Below, piece after piece: positions 25,544-37,581 of a stretch of 64,000 nt of DNA (positions within the stretch are counted from its first letter, which is position 1; each line of letters begins with the position of its first letter). The stretch covers positions 248,001 to 312,000 of the forward strand of contig NW_019028993.1 of NCBI RefSeq assembly GCF_002105155.1. Reading direction: 5' to 3'. The notes beneath the pieces are model-generated. The model made no database searches, had not been told where the DNA came from, and saw only the letters and a list, made by a program, of their open reading frames with translations. This stretch comes from Lobosporangium transversale (taxonomy: Eukaryota). Both the position numbers and the translations under genes were made by a program.

Positions 25544-27261
25544 ATGGGTATTCTCGATCCATTCTGCTACGATTTCAGACAGCATCATCTTTATGGGATA
25601 GCTGTCGCACCAGACTATACTGATTTTGAAAAAAAACTCCGTTACATATTGATCAAGTCCAATACGGATCCTCCATCTGCACAAGGCATCACTTGGACTG
25701 TCGTCTCCTCTATTTTACTATCAGAAGTATATGATCTCTATCGACAAAAAGAAGAAGTACAATGTGTAGTCGATGATAAGGTAAGAACAAAAAAAAAAAA
25801 AAAAAGATTACTTGAATCTTATCTCATTTTTTTCATGTGGATGGGGGTCTCTAACCCACACAAAAAAAAAAAAAAAAAAAAAAATAGGGCGTATTCACAT
25901 TAATTAGTCCGACAGCCTACACATCAGCATCGTCAGCTCCAGTGCTAGCTGGGATCCAGTATAGCCCTCTATACCCTCCATCCCCGGATGGCAACAATAC
26001 CGGTCCTGGTGGATGGAAGAACATTGATTTTCAGCTTCCTTATAAATGGAACGATTTTAGCTCACTCTATACCACGCTTTATATCACAAAAGATTTGATT
26101 GGTAAAAATGTGGTTGTTCACACTTGGATTGGCGCGGTACAGACCCTCCATTTCGGTACTCTGGATAATACTTCACTACGGTTTCAGCAAGGGCCTTCAT
26201 GGATATTGGTAAACAAATGGCTTTACAAAAAAACTCTATAATGGTATAGCTTTTTATTTATTCCTATACTCACCTGCTCTTTTACCCTCTTTTCCCTTCT
26301 TTTAGAATTCAACACTGTTCGACCCACAACACGCGACCTATCTTAACGAAAACCTCTTCATCCTTTCACATCGCATGGGACGCACTGGGGTTAAAGATAC
26401 AGTGAGTATTATTACTGCACCATTACCGGATTCGAATATCCCCCCTACTGCTCCTAGCCCCATTCGAGGATTTGGGCCTTTTAGCAACATTACGGCAAAT
26501 GGTGCTAATTTCTCACTGGCTCATCATCAAATGGGAGGATCCTTCGGAGACACCTATTACTTTGTATACGAGCAGGTATGGACGTGCACTGCTTCAGGTT
26601 AAAAGTAAGACAAATCTTTATTACCTAGTGTCGATTGTAACTATTTAAACACCATGCCTTTCTTTCTACCATTCACTCATTCATTTACTATCTCTTCCTA
26701 TAAACCATAATATAGGGTGGCCCTGATGAAAGACCAATGTGGTTGGTCACTATGAATATGGCCAACGTCTCCGAGATAAAAGATCCGAAAAGTACAAAAT
26801 TCAGTCGCCGTTGGCCCATAGATGCCACCACTAAAAGTTTATTATGGCAAACCGTTGGGGGAAGCAGTGAAGGGCCAGCGTTTGCACTAGTGCATACCAC
26901 GAGCCAAAGAAATGCCAGTCGCTACTATGGCTTCAATTTGAATGGCCCTTCGATTGGTCAATGGTATAATGTGACCCATAGCATCAACGTCACAGATTCA
27001 TTTGGGAAGGGGATCGGGCCTACACCTACAGACCTTATTGCTGTAACCATCCACCCCTCAGGCAACGTACACTCCACAGGCCCATCTACAGGTCTAATTA
27101 TCGGATTGGTTATTGCTCTTCTAGCAGTCTTAGGATCCCTTGGCTCCACGGTTTATTACCGATGGCGTACTGCCATTAATAACAGTGATGATAGTCATAA
27201 TAATCAAAATGGAAATCGGTCTCTGTCACAGGCACACATTCATGGGCAGCAACAACAATGA
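25544..27261 (+). CDS. Receptor-like protein, array member D (~457 aa), paralog of C with truncated cytoplasmic tail
   Basis: Exons 25544-25780, 25888-26208, 26306-26575 and 26716-27261, with the same intron positions as C. MGILDPFC, LIKSNTDP..WTVVS, CVVDDK|GVFT. Shares GQWYNV.H.INVTD.FG and PSG.VHST.PSTGLI.G with C. Confidence 0.78.
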
Positions 27262-27835
27262 CATCTCCTCAGCAGCAACCGGTGTTCGAGGGAAAGCAAG
27301 AAGTTGAGCAGCAGGAACTTAAACATAATACCGCATAATCATCATCACTAAGCTCAGCCTGCTCAACAGCCATTCTTATATTCACCCGCTCGCAACCCAA
27401 CTCTACTACATTCTTAGAAGGAAAAATAGATCCAAACTCGCCTTCAGACACCTAACGTAACGGCCGCAGCCCACAGCATCTCTGAGCCGCCTAAACAATA
27501 GGTTCCTCTACTTTCATCAAAATCCTATTTGAAGGAACTCCTTTCTCGAACGGCAATCCAGGGTTTTCGTTAATTTAAACTAGCTATATGTGCTAGTAAT
27601 AATAATTATAATAAATCAATCAAACCAAATCCCATCATATATATGTCTCTTTTTTAATAACAAGCTATCGTCCGCAACAGGAAAAGAGATCTCTTTTTTA
27701 CCCTCACACCCGCTTACTCGACCCATAATGTATGGATTTTGCTAAATAAACAATATTTTCTTTCATTTCTGCTAACCTGTCTCCCATACGCATGTAATCC
27801 GGTTATTTCCAGCTACTTCTCTGAAGGGCCAAAAA

Positions 27836-27866
<31 letters not shown>

Positions 27867-27872
27867 TAAATT

Positions 27873-30330
27873 TTATTGTTTGGTATGAGGGTTGTTTACT
27901 GGGGGACTCAGCCAACCCGTCCCAGGAGGTACGATATTATAGGCAAATGGCGTGGTCTGAGGGTTTTGGTTTGAAGCTAGTCTATTAACATCTTGTTCTC
28001 CAGCCACATTAGCGCGATTGTTGTTATTTTGTGTAAAACCCGGATGCACTTGAAAAGGACTGGGTGGGCTCGGTTGAGTTGTTAAAGAACTAAGCGGCTC
28101 CAGCAGGTACTCACTATAAATTGATCCTGACACGAGAGCGTTATCATTAGTAACATCCGATTGTCCAAAGATCGAGCTGGTTTGGCCCATTGGCTTCAAC
28201 TGAGTTTTCTTAGTTGGTGGCTGAGGCGAATGAGCAGGGGCTATTTCCTCCAATAGAGCGGGCTGCATCCTTGGGGGTGAGACTGATAATGTCGGTACCG
28301 TTGACAGCGTAGGTTCTATTATTGATGATGCTGTTGATGACCCTGTTAAAGATGAGATCCCGTATCCTGGATGTGTCTCCATCCGGACATCCGTAAAGGT
28401 TAAATGAAGTGGTTGGGCTGAATCCTCCGATGCACGTAGTTCTTCTCGTATATCTCTTGTCCCCTCTTCCGTTACCACTGCTTTTGGCGTTGGTGGCTCT
28501 TCCTCCTTGGGGCTTATGGAAGCCTTTCTTTTGCCCTTTGCACCCCCTTCCTTCTGGATTCCTTCTTCCCTCTTGGATTGTGTGCGGCGGCGAAAGAGAA
28601 CGCACAGAACAATAGCGATCGCAACGATCACTGCAGCAGAAATCCCACCAATTACTCCAGGATGAAGAGTACCGCTTTTGTGGCCCTGTCCTTCATCTGG
28701 GTTCCCTTTAGGGGCGGTACTATTGTTGGTATTCCCATCACCGTTACTTGGAGGCCCTGAGTTCCCTGGAGGTGCATTAAAAATGCCATTTGGAGGCGTG
28801 AAAAAATAATCAGGGATCGTGAAGTTTTTGTTAGCGTTAATTTTTTCGCGGGCCAAAGGTCCTTCGAGTGGGATACTGTAGATACCGGAAAGGTCATGCA
28901 TGAAAATATATGGATAGGGCGATCCTGGGAAAGGTATTAAGGATAGAAGATTGTCAGAATCGTAAGTCTCCCGAGCAGCAGGCAAATGAGTCAGTTGCTT
29001 GGAGCCGTCGTCATAGATGAATATGTGAGCAGGCCTTGGGTACTAATCCAAAAATAATGGCATTTTTAATAACAGATGGAAAAAGAAAGATGGTAATAAA
29101 AAAAAAAAAATTGAAATATTAATATTAGTAAATAAAAGCAAATAAATAACAATAATAACAAAATGAATAAAATAAAGTATTAAAAAGAACAGGTAAAAAG
29201 TAAAAAAAAAAAGAATAAAATACAATATAAGAAAGAGTAAAGAAAATAAAATATAAGAATAAAACAAAGAATAAAATAATAAAAAACAGGCGGAAAAAAA
29301 TAAATAAAGAAGGAATAAAATTAAGGGAATAAGCTAAAAAATAAAATAAAAAATAAAAAGAGAATAAGATAAAAAATGAAAAAGAGAATACAAGTTAGTA
29401 AAACGAACGATTGCTTACAGTGCAGAATACAATAGTCCTCTCTTTCAACGGCCGAAGGGAAACATTGTTTCCACAGTATGTAAAGATTTCTGTTGCATCA
29501 AAGCTCCGTACATTTCCTGCAGTAGGTGGGCTTCCTTGAGAATTAAACGGGATTAAGAATAGGCCATTGATTTCATTGACTGAAAAGCCATGTCCATAGA
29601 GCTGTAATGTATTATTGACAAAGGCCAACCCGTACATGGTGTAGCGTTTCAATACTGTCTAAGTACAGTAACATTTTTTTTAATAAAAATAATAATTAAT
29701 AATAATAGCAATAATAATCTTAACAAAATCAAAAACAAAATAAAATACCATGAAGCTTACTGGTTTCCAGGGAGATGGGTTCAGAACCATGGTCATTTTG
29801 GTCGTATCCAATTCAGCAACCATGACATCCGAGCCATTTTTGTCCAAGAATGCATGGAACACTTTGTTCATTGAGCTTCCGTCCTGTCCATTGCCTCCGC
29901 TCTTGATACTGATCAGAGTAGAGGGTTTCATGGTGATCCAAGGGTACACTTTAGGGATCGTAATATTTTTCCATGTTCCCTCTGGCTGGTCCGGATTACC
30001 TACTGGCTGGAATTGTAATCCATTCAACCCAGTTGTAAAATAGTTTTGCGCAATCACTGTGAACACTCCCTCGTCATCTACTGCGCAACTAAAGTCGAGC
30101 ATTTGATCCCAGATCTCAATTTGAGATAAATTAGCTTTAGGAACTGAGCTGATAAGGGTCCATGTGAGATCGTTCAACTTATGACTTGGATTATCGTTGG
30201 ATCGTACCAATAAGTAATGTGTTGACTTGACATTCGCCTTGTTATCAACAATACCCATCCTTGCCGCAGTTGTGAACAGGTAAAATCGACTGCTGTCTGT
30301 GGCGATGCATATTGGTTTAATAACACCCAT
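27873..30330 (-). CDS. Receptor-like single-pass membrane protein, array member E (~659 aa)
   Basis: Exons 30330-29761, 29658-29419 and 29042-27873, phase 0. MGVIKPIC, LVRSNDNP..WTLIS, CAVDDEGVFT, GLQF, GTWKNI. TM GVIGGISAAVIVAIAIVLCVLF followed by RRR. Confidence 0.82.
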
Positions 30331-30370
30331 CCTGATTGATTATCGATTTTTATTGCTCAACTCTGACTAG

Positions 30371-30403
<33 letters not shown>

Positions 30404-30844
30404 TAATAAGGAATGTGCTTGCTGCAAGTAGTTTTATGTATATGCTGCTTTTAGCTCCTTTTTTATTTTTTTTATTTATTTTTTTTATTTTTTTTTTTTA
30501 TTTTTTTTTTTTTTTTGGGAGGAGGAATGGAACATTAATGGAAGAATGATGATGTTTTGAATTCGGCACTGCATCTTTTTATGCTCTCGAGGGCTGAATA
30601 AAATGAAGTTTAATTAAGGTTGTGGGCTTTTTACATGAAGTCTGATTGGACAAAACAGAAAACGTTCATGTTTCATGTAAACGCGCTCTGTTTTTGCATG
30701 AGGAAAAAAAAAAAAAAAAAAAAAAAAATACGACGTTATCCGATGCATTCAATCCACAAGACATAATAACTAGCTCTCTCCAATATTCATTTCTTCTTTA
30801 ATGGTTTATATATTGCCTATTGTCCGTTTCGTATGGTCAACAAT

Positions 30845-30879
<35 letters not shown>

Positions 30880-30881
30880 TT

Positions 30882-30917
<36 letters not shown>

Positions 30918-30918
<1 letters not shown>

Positions 30919-31008
30919 GACAATTGTGTTGATTTAATAGCTATGACTATTCAAAAAAAAAAAAAAAAAAAAACGACAATTGTGTTGATTTAATAGCTAT
31001 GACTATTC
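30918..31008. repeat. Tandem duplication of a 35-bp unit embedded in poly(A) tracts
   Basis: CGACAATTGTGTTGATTTAATAGCTATGACTATTC occurs at 30918-30952 and 30974-31008, separated and flanked by A-runs. Confidence 0.92.
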
Positions 31009-31179
31009 AAAAAAAAAAAAAAAAAAAAAAAAATGTTCATATTACTGATCAAATGAGCTAAAGAGTCTCTCTATTCTGGGATATGTCTCATTGTTACTAT
31101 ACATGTCTCTTTTTTTTAATTTTCCTTTTTTTTTTTTTTTTTTTTTTTTTTCTTTTCATATTATCTATTCACCGTCTTT

Positions 31180-33221
31180 TCAATCCCGGACCTGCGGGTG
31201 ACGAATTGCAGGTAAAGTCTGGACAGTCCGCATAGGGGACGATCCATCATTGTTGACCCCTTCATTGTAACCATAGTCCATTGGCCCTCTGATAGTTCTA
31301 CCGGTGCCGTCACCGTCTACATAGCCCGTGTGGGGACTGTTAAGACGGGGCGTCGCTTTCGTTACTGGTACAACATTCTCTGGCGAAGGTGGTGTTGCCT
31401 TCAACGGACTTGGGACTGGTGGGATGGGGTATAACGCAGCAGGGTCATAGCCTATTTTCTCCTGCTGATAGTCAGGGCTTAAAGTAGCTGGCCATTGATA
31501 GGGCGTAGACGCAGCATACTCCTGCGACATTAGCTGTTGCTGTTGTTGCTGCTGGTGTTCCTGCTGCTGGTAAAAGTGGTTGCTTGGGGGGTATACTGGA
31601 GTTTGCATCCCTTGCCCTGGGTATTGGAACCCACCCCTAGAGTCAGCTTCCTTCATCGGCGTTGGTGGTAATGGTAATGGCGCTTCGACCGAAGCAGCTG
31701 TATTCTTACGTTCGAGTCGACGACGCTTGTAAGCACGAATACATGATACAATGATCGCAAGAACGATCGCGCCACAAAACACGCCAATTAGGATAGGCTT
31801 GGTGCGATTGGTTATTTCAGTAGGGTCTTGGTTTGGGCCTGGGCCTGAGCCTGTTCCGGAACCTGTTGTAGAACTCGACGTTGGGCGATTAGAGCCTGAT
31901 GGCGTGGCACCATAATTATCTGTGATATTGACCTGTTGGTATCCTGATATCAATGCCCCAGCTGAAGCCCCTGTGAGCGGGACGCTGTAAACCCCGTTTA
32001 TATCGGCCATAAAGACATAACTACCTGAGGGGCCGGTCATGGGAACCATTCCCAAGGGGGTTATTCCACTGACAAAGAGAGGCAGTGATTTTACACTGGT
32101 GCCATCGAATACATAAATTTGGTTTCTCTTTTCCGTCATCTATTGACATATATTCAGTAATGAGATGTAGAAAAAGTGAATAAGAGAGTTTTAAAAAAAA
32201 AAAAAAAAAACGACGTCGCCTAATGAAAAATAAAAAACATAAAAAAAGACGTGAAAACGATCATCCTATTAAAAGTAAATTTGAAAATCCTTCTCTTACT
32301 CTGCACATGATAACAATAGTCTCTTGGAGTGAATGCATCCATAGGTTCTTGGAATAGTATGAGTCACACGTTTGACGGACAATGGTTGCATTATATCCTG
32401 TGCCACTAACGGTTGGCGGTGTAGTCGATGGGCCAGAGAGTGGGGTAGCAACCAAATAGGCGTCACTATAGTATCCTTTATATCCAATAGAATACAAGTG
32501 GCTATTTGTGAAAGCAACTGCCCCAGGAACTCCGTACATCTGCTCATCCTTTTAATTTTTTTTAAAAAAATATAATAAATAAAATGTTAGAACATCTCTT
32601 CACCTTGAAGGGCGAGAGAAATAGTTTGCAAAAAAAAAAAAAAAAAAAAAAGAAAAAAGGCATGTTACATACAATGGCCCATATAGATGGGTTCTGGTTC
32701 ATGGTCAGTGAAGCAGAGTCCATAGCTGCGACAGAGATGTGGCCCGTGTAAGCATCAAGTTGTGCTTGCATGGTGGTGAACACGCCCGATGCGTCCTTGT
32801 GTTTGAACAACGGGATAAACATCGAGTCTCCCCACTTATAGCCAGCTGATGTCTTCACGTTCTTCCATTCGCCTTGTCCTGAAGCAGCAGGCTGGTATTG
32901 AAGCCCTCTGATAGTTTGATCATATGATCCTGAAGCACTTTCCCTTGATCGAGATGCAAGCACAGTGAAAATGCCTGTTTCGTCCACTGCACAGCTGTAG
33001 TCGCCGCTGGAATTAGGGCTCTGCTCAAGAAAGACCAAGCCCTCCTGTTTGACGGCGCTAACTAATGTCCATGATAAATCGCTGAGTGTATGTGAAGGTG
33101 TTTTGTTGGAACGAATGAGGACGTAAAATAAATCTTTAGAATCAGCCGACTTTACGGCGACAGAAAATGAATATATGCTGCTGCCATCTGTGGCCAAACA
33201 TATAGGATTAAGGACGCCCAT
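31180..33221 (-). CDS. Receptor-like single-pass membrane protein, array member F (~582-585 aa)
   Basis: Exons 33221-32673, 32548 or 32539 to 32300, and 32139-31180, phase 0. MGVLNPIC, LIRSNKTP..WTLVS, CAVDETGIFT, GLQY, GEWKNV. TM ILIGVFCGAIVLAIIVSCI followed by RAYKRRR. Confidence 0.82.
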
Positions 33222-33675
33222 TTCAGTACTCTTGTTGGCAAGGGTAAGCGAAAAGTGGCAATGAAAGAAAAGAGAACGGATGTAAAAGTTGATAAAGTGA
33301 ATCGGGTGGGATAAAGAAGGAAGCTCAATGCTAGACAAGAAAATAAAAAATAAAAAAATAAAGAGTTTGGTAGCAGTTTATTTTCACGATCGTTCGTCTT
33401 CGCCTGCTCTCAAAAGCATTGTTTACCGAGGAAAAGAAGCAAGACGCCGCACTACATTTTAATTGCAATCAGTAAATAAGCATACTAATATGCATGTGAG
33501 CATAAACATTGATCTCTCGCATCTATGAGCTGAATGCACAACCCAAAAAGTTATTTGCTCCGGGGGATGATGGTGTCACAGAGCTTTGTCCAAGAGCTTA
33601 AGCTATTAAAGCTATCTTGAAGGGTCCAACAATGCTTATAACAAACCTCTTGGTTGTCAGTTTGAGAGGTTCGAT

Positions 33676-33707
<32 letters not shown>

Positions 33708-33795
33708 CCAGTTCATAGTCCTGAGAATGAAACAGATTTCCCACGTGCTTGAAATATAAACGATTACCAGAAGAACATGAGCTTGGCAAAGGCAT

Positions 33796-33796
<1 letters not shown>

Positions 33797-33838
<42 letters not shown>
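33797..33838. repeat. (CAA)n microsatellite, about 14 units
   Basis: Seen directly; intergenic. Confidence 0.9.
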
Positions 33839-34595
33839 AAAGATTGACGTGCATTGCAATTGAGCATTAAAAAAAAACTTTCTTTTTAAAGATGTTTGCA
33901 AAATATTGTTTATTAAACTATCGTTTAGGAATGCTTTGTGGTTTGACCAGGCTCTGTCTCTCTTACTCTCCTAACATTAGAGAAATGACCCATTGGGCTG
34001 TTGTTGTTTCCTTTCTGACACGGAAAGAGAGATCGCGGAATGCATAGAATGTCATGATTTAATTTACAGTTCATCCGCGGAATTTTACGATTTATTCAAT
34101 CTTGGTGTCAAAATAGCCTCTAAAAAAGTTGTGGGGGTCAAGGTTATTTATAAACTTCTCTGAATGAAAGAAAAGTTCTTCTTCCAACCTGTGCCGTAAA
34201 CTGTACAAGATCAAAAGAGAGAAGTTGAGTTACCTCCCTTTGGCTGTTCAACAGACCTTTTCAGTTACAAGAACTTCGTAAAGTAAACCATTTGTATTGG
34301 AAAAAGAACTACCCCTTTTGTTTCGTAAGAGATTTCATTTAAACAGGAAAAAAAACTGGGCAATGCATTTTAAACGGTGCATGGGCTCTTACTTCATATA
34401 CAAAAAAATATTAAGTTTTCTATCCATATCCCTTGCCTCTTTGACTCGAGATGACAAGCCTGGTGGAGGATCAATGAAATTGGACTATATCTGGATATTT
34501 GGCCGTGTTTGATCCTCCATTTTCTGTTTCCCAGTCCTTTTTTTTTATTTTTTATTTTTTATTTTTATTTTTTTTTCTTTGTATTATGACGTTGG

Positions 34596-35362
34596 TTAAA
34601 GGGTATCGAACATAGTTAACGAGCGTACAAAGCGATCAACCCCGTTCCTGAAGCCTTCAGCACCCATCGTCTCTGGGTTCACACTTGCCCCATTCGAGCC
34701 CGCATTCGCCAATGGATTTTTGATCACGAGCTCAACATAGAGCTGGGTATAGATCTGGCGTAGAGCTTGTTGAAGTGATTCCACTCCTGGATCCGAGTTG
34801 AGGACAAACTTGAGTCCCGTTAGTGTCTCGTAATAATGAAGTTTATAATGTGAAGTCCTGTAAGCAATAAATCCGTCTTGTTGGCTAGCAAATACCCCCC
34901 AAAAAAAAAAAAAAAAAAAAAAAAAAAACATTCATTCATTCATACATACATATGTTGAAATGTTAGTATTCTCTCTTCACCCTTTTGTACATGCTTATGA
35001 TCAATAGTCAAGCTTTGTCAGAATGATTGTCATTGTGGAAAAGAAGAAAAAAAAAAAAAAAAAAAAAAAAACGAATTTTTTTTTTACCCTTTTCCAAGTT
35101 TCTTGACCAGATTTCTGAGTGAATAGACTACACCATAGACCAATTTTCCTTCCTCCTCAAGTGACATGTTCATGCCCTGCCGTGGATCTGTCATGGTTGT
35201 GGTCGTCGTTGTTGATCCTCCTCCACCACCACTTGCGCTGGCGTGGGATGCCAATGGATCACCGTGTTGGTCAAACGCATTTTTAGCTGTGTGGCCTCTA
35301 TGCCAGTCATGATAGTAGATGCACTGACAGTGCCTGTCAAAAATGTACATGTTGTAGATCAT
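34596..35362 (-). CDS. BET5: TRAPP complex subunit Bet5/TRAPPC1, ~187 aa
   Basis: Exons 35362-35088 and 34884-34596. MIYNMYIFDRHCQCIYYHDW...EEEGKLVYGVVYSLRNLVKKL...F.AYRTSHYKLHYYETLTGLKFVLNSDP...IY..LYVE.VIKNPL. Confidence 0.92.
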
Positions 35363-37549
35363 GATGCTGATGGTAAACGAATATATAGATGTCCAATGCA
35401 AAAAAAAAAAAAAAAAAAAAAAAGAGGTTGATGCTGCCTTCTGATGGTCTTTTATTGGTCTTCCTTCTATGCCCCTATGCCATCTATGCCTCTGTGCCTG
35501 TGTCTCTTGCGCCTTGTTGTTTTGCTTCTATTGATTTGTAGTGTCCAGTTTTGGCCCGAGTTGAATGAAGAAATGAGATGATGTGGACTACCAGATATGC
35601 TCTCATTTGATCAAGTGACGTGAAGTAAATGGGCCGCACTCTCCCTGAGACAGAGTGTTCGTTTCAAGGAGTACAATTGAAATTGCATGATTAAAAAATC
35701 AAGAGGCAAAAGGAGAGGACTCCACCAGCTTTCTACACGCTCACTGCAGCACAACGTTTCTATTTTTTATCCTCCCCTGCCTAACACCTTTCGTCGTTGA
35801 GGTCATTATAATCGGTCTTTCAGAGCAAACCTTTATCTGTTGATCGAACCAATTCCTAAACTCCACAAGGATTAATGAAAAAAAAAAAAAAATAAAAAAA
35901 AAAAATAAAAAAAAGATTTCATTGCACGTTTGCTGACATGATATTTCTCCTAGATTACAAAGCCTTGCTTATCCTATTCATGTCTTGGACAGCTTTGTCA
36001 ATTAGACTTGACCAAAACGTCATCTGCAGGAGGAAAAAGAAAAAAAAAAAAAAAAAAAAAAGAGGGTAATGATGCACGAATGGATGTAGTCTTGCTTCCA
36101 TGCATGCTTACACTGACATCGAAAAGCCTTTGCTCCGAAGTATTAAAACAGGTGCGGTGTTCTGCTTATCAAACAAATGGACAGACGTGTTTCAGCTTCT
36201 AAAATAAACCCAGGAACAAGATACCGATTAGAGAACGAAGAATAAAAAAGAAAAAGAAGAGAAAAAAAAAAAGGACAACAACAAAAGGCCTTTATTCATT
36301 TGTAATAAAAATATAAACACGAATGTATAAATGTAGTCAACCTTTGACCATGAAAGTCTTTGATCTTGATGATAAACAGGAAAAATACTATTTATCCATA
36401 ATGGACATAGAGTCGAACTAGAGAGAGCATTTAGTCTAGCGCTTCCCAGAACAAGCAGAACTGAACGAAAGTAAAACAGTCTTAGCTTGGTTATATTATG
36501 AGAGCATTCATCACTTTTTGTAAAGACAGATTTATAAAAAAATAATATATGACTAGTGACCCCGACCACAACCATGAAGGCTACGCTAGTGCTCTTTATA
36601 TTTCGCTCATGTCTCATGGGCTAGACAGAGATAAAGAAGATGGCAAAAGCGAAAAAGAAAAAGAAAAAAAAAAATGAAGGAAAGGAAAAGTTACAAGGAC
36701 TTGATAATAAGATGGGTATTAGGCAGGAAACATGGAGCAAAAACGAGACTGAAAAACTGGGCATAGCGTGATGGTAAAAGTGGAACTGATGGTAAAAAAA
36801 AAAAAAAAAAAAAACAAGTTGAGCTCAGCCAAGGTGTACAGTATGTTTGGATTCATACGTCTTGGAGCATGTTAATAAATGAACAAAGTAGAAGACTCTT
36901 ACTGCTGTTCAATTAAATGTGTCAACGAATACATTAAAATGTCCAAAAATACATATCGAATACATGGTGATGGCTACTGTTGGCAGATGGCGGAACAAAT
37001 ACGAACAGATCATTTGGAGCAATTTCAGCTTCCTAACAGTAAAGGAGGATAATCCAGCTACTGACCCGAAAATATGTACTGTGATGAACGCTTATCTACA
37101 AGAGGCTTTACCATACGCCAGAGATCTCCAGAGAAGGGACATGTTTGCAAAAATATATATTATATATATTATGAAGGGCAACAGCCATCAAATTGGATCG
37201 ATGGATTTATATTGATTTTTTATTTTATTTATTACTTTTTTGTGGGGATAAATACATGCTGCTCATTGCTGGGGCGAGTACGACGAGCATGTTACATTTT
37301 TCTTTTATTGTATTTTAGTGAGTGCCACAAGATTATATTAAATTTCAAGGGTCGGTTTTATGCAACAGAAAAGAATGAGTGACAAACACTGCAATGTCAA
37401 TAAAGGCCATCAGGAGCGGTTTATTGGGCGACGTTTAATCCCGCTCTTCAGAATGTAGCCTGAATAAGGTTTGTTATATCGCTTCCTTTTTTCCTCCTCT
37501 TTATTCTTCACCCTTCACTCTTTCCTCTTTTCTTTTCTTCTTTTCTTTT

Positions 37550-37581
<32 letters not shown>

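Noticed and set aside
30918..31008. CRISPR-like repeat
   Set aside because: Only two units, the spacer is poly(A), the context is eukaryotic, and there are no cas genes.
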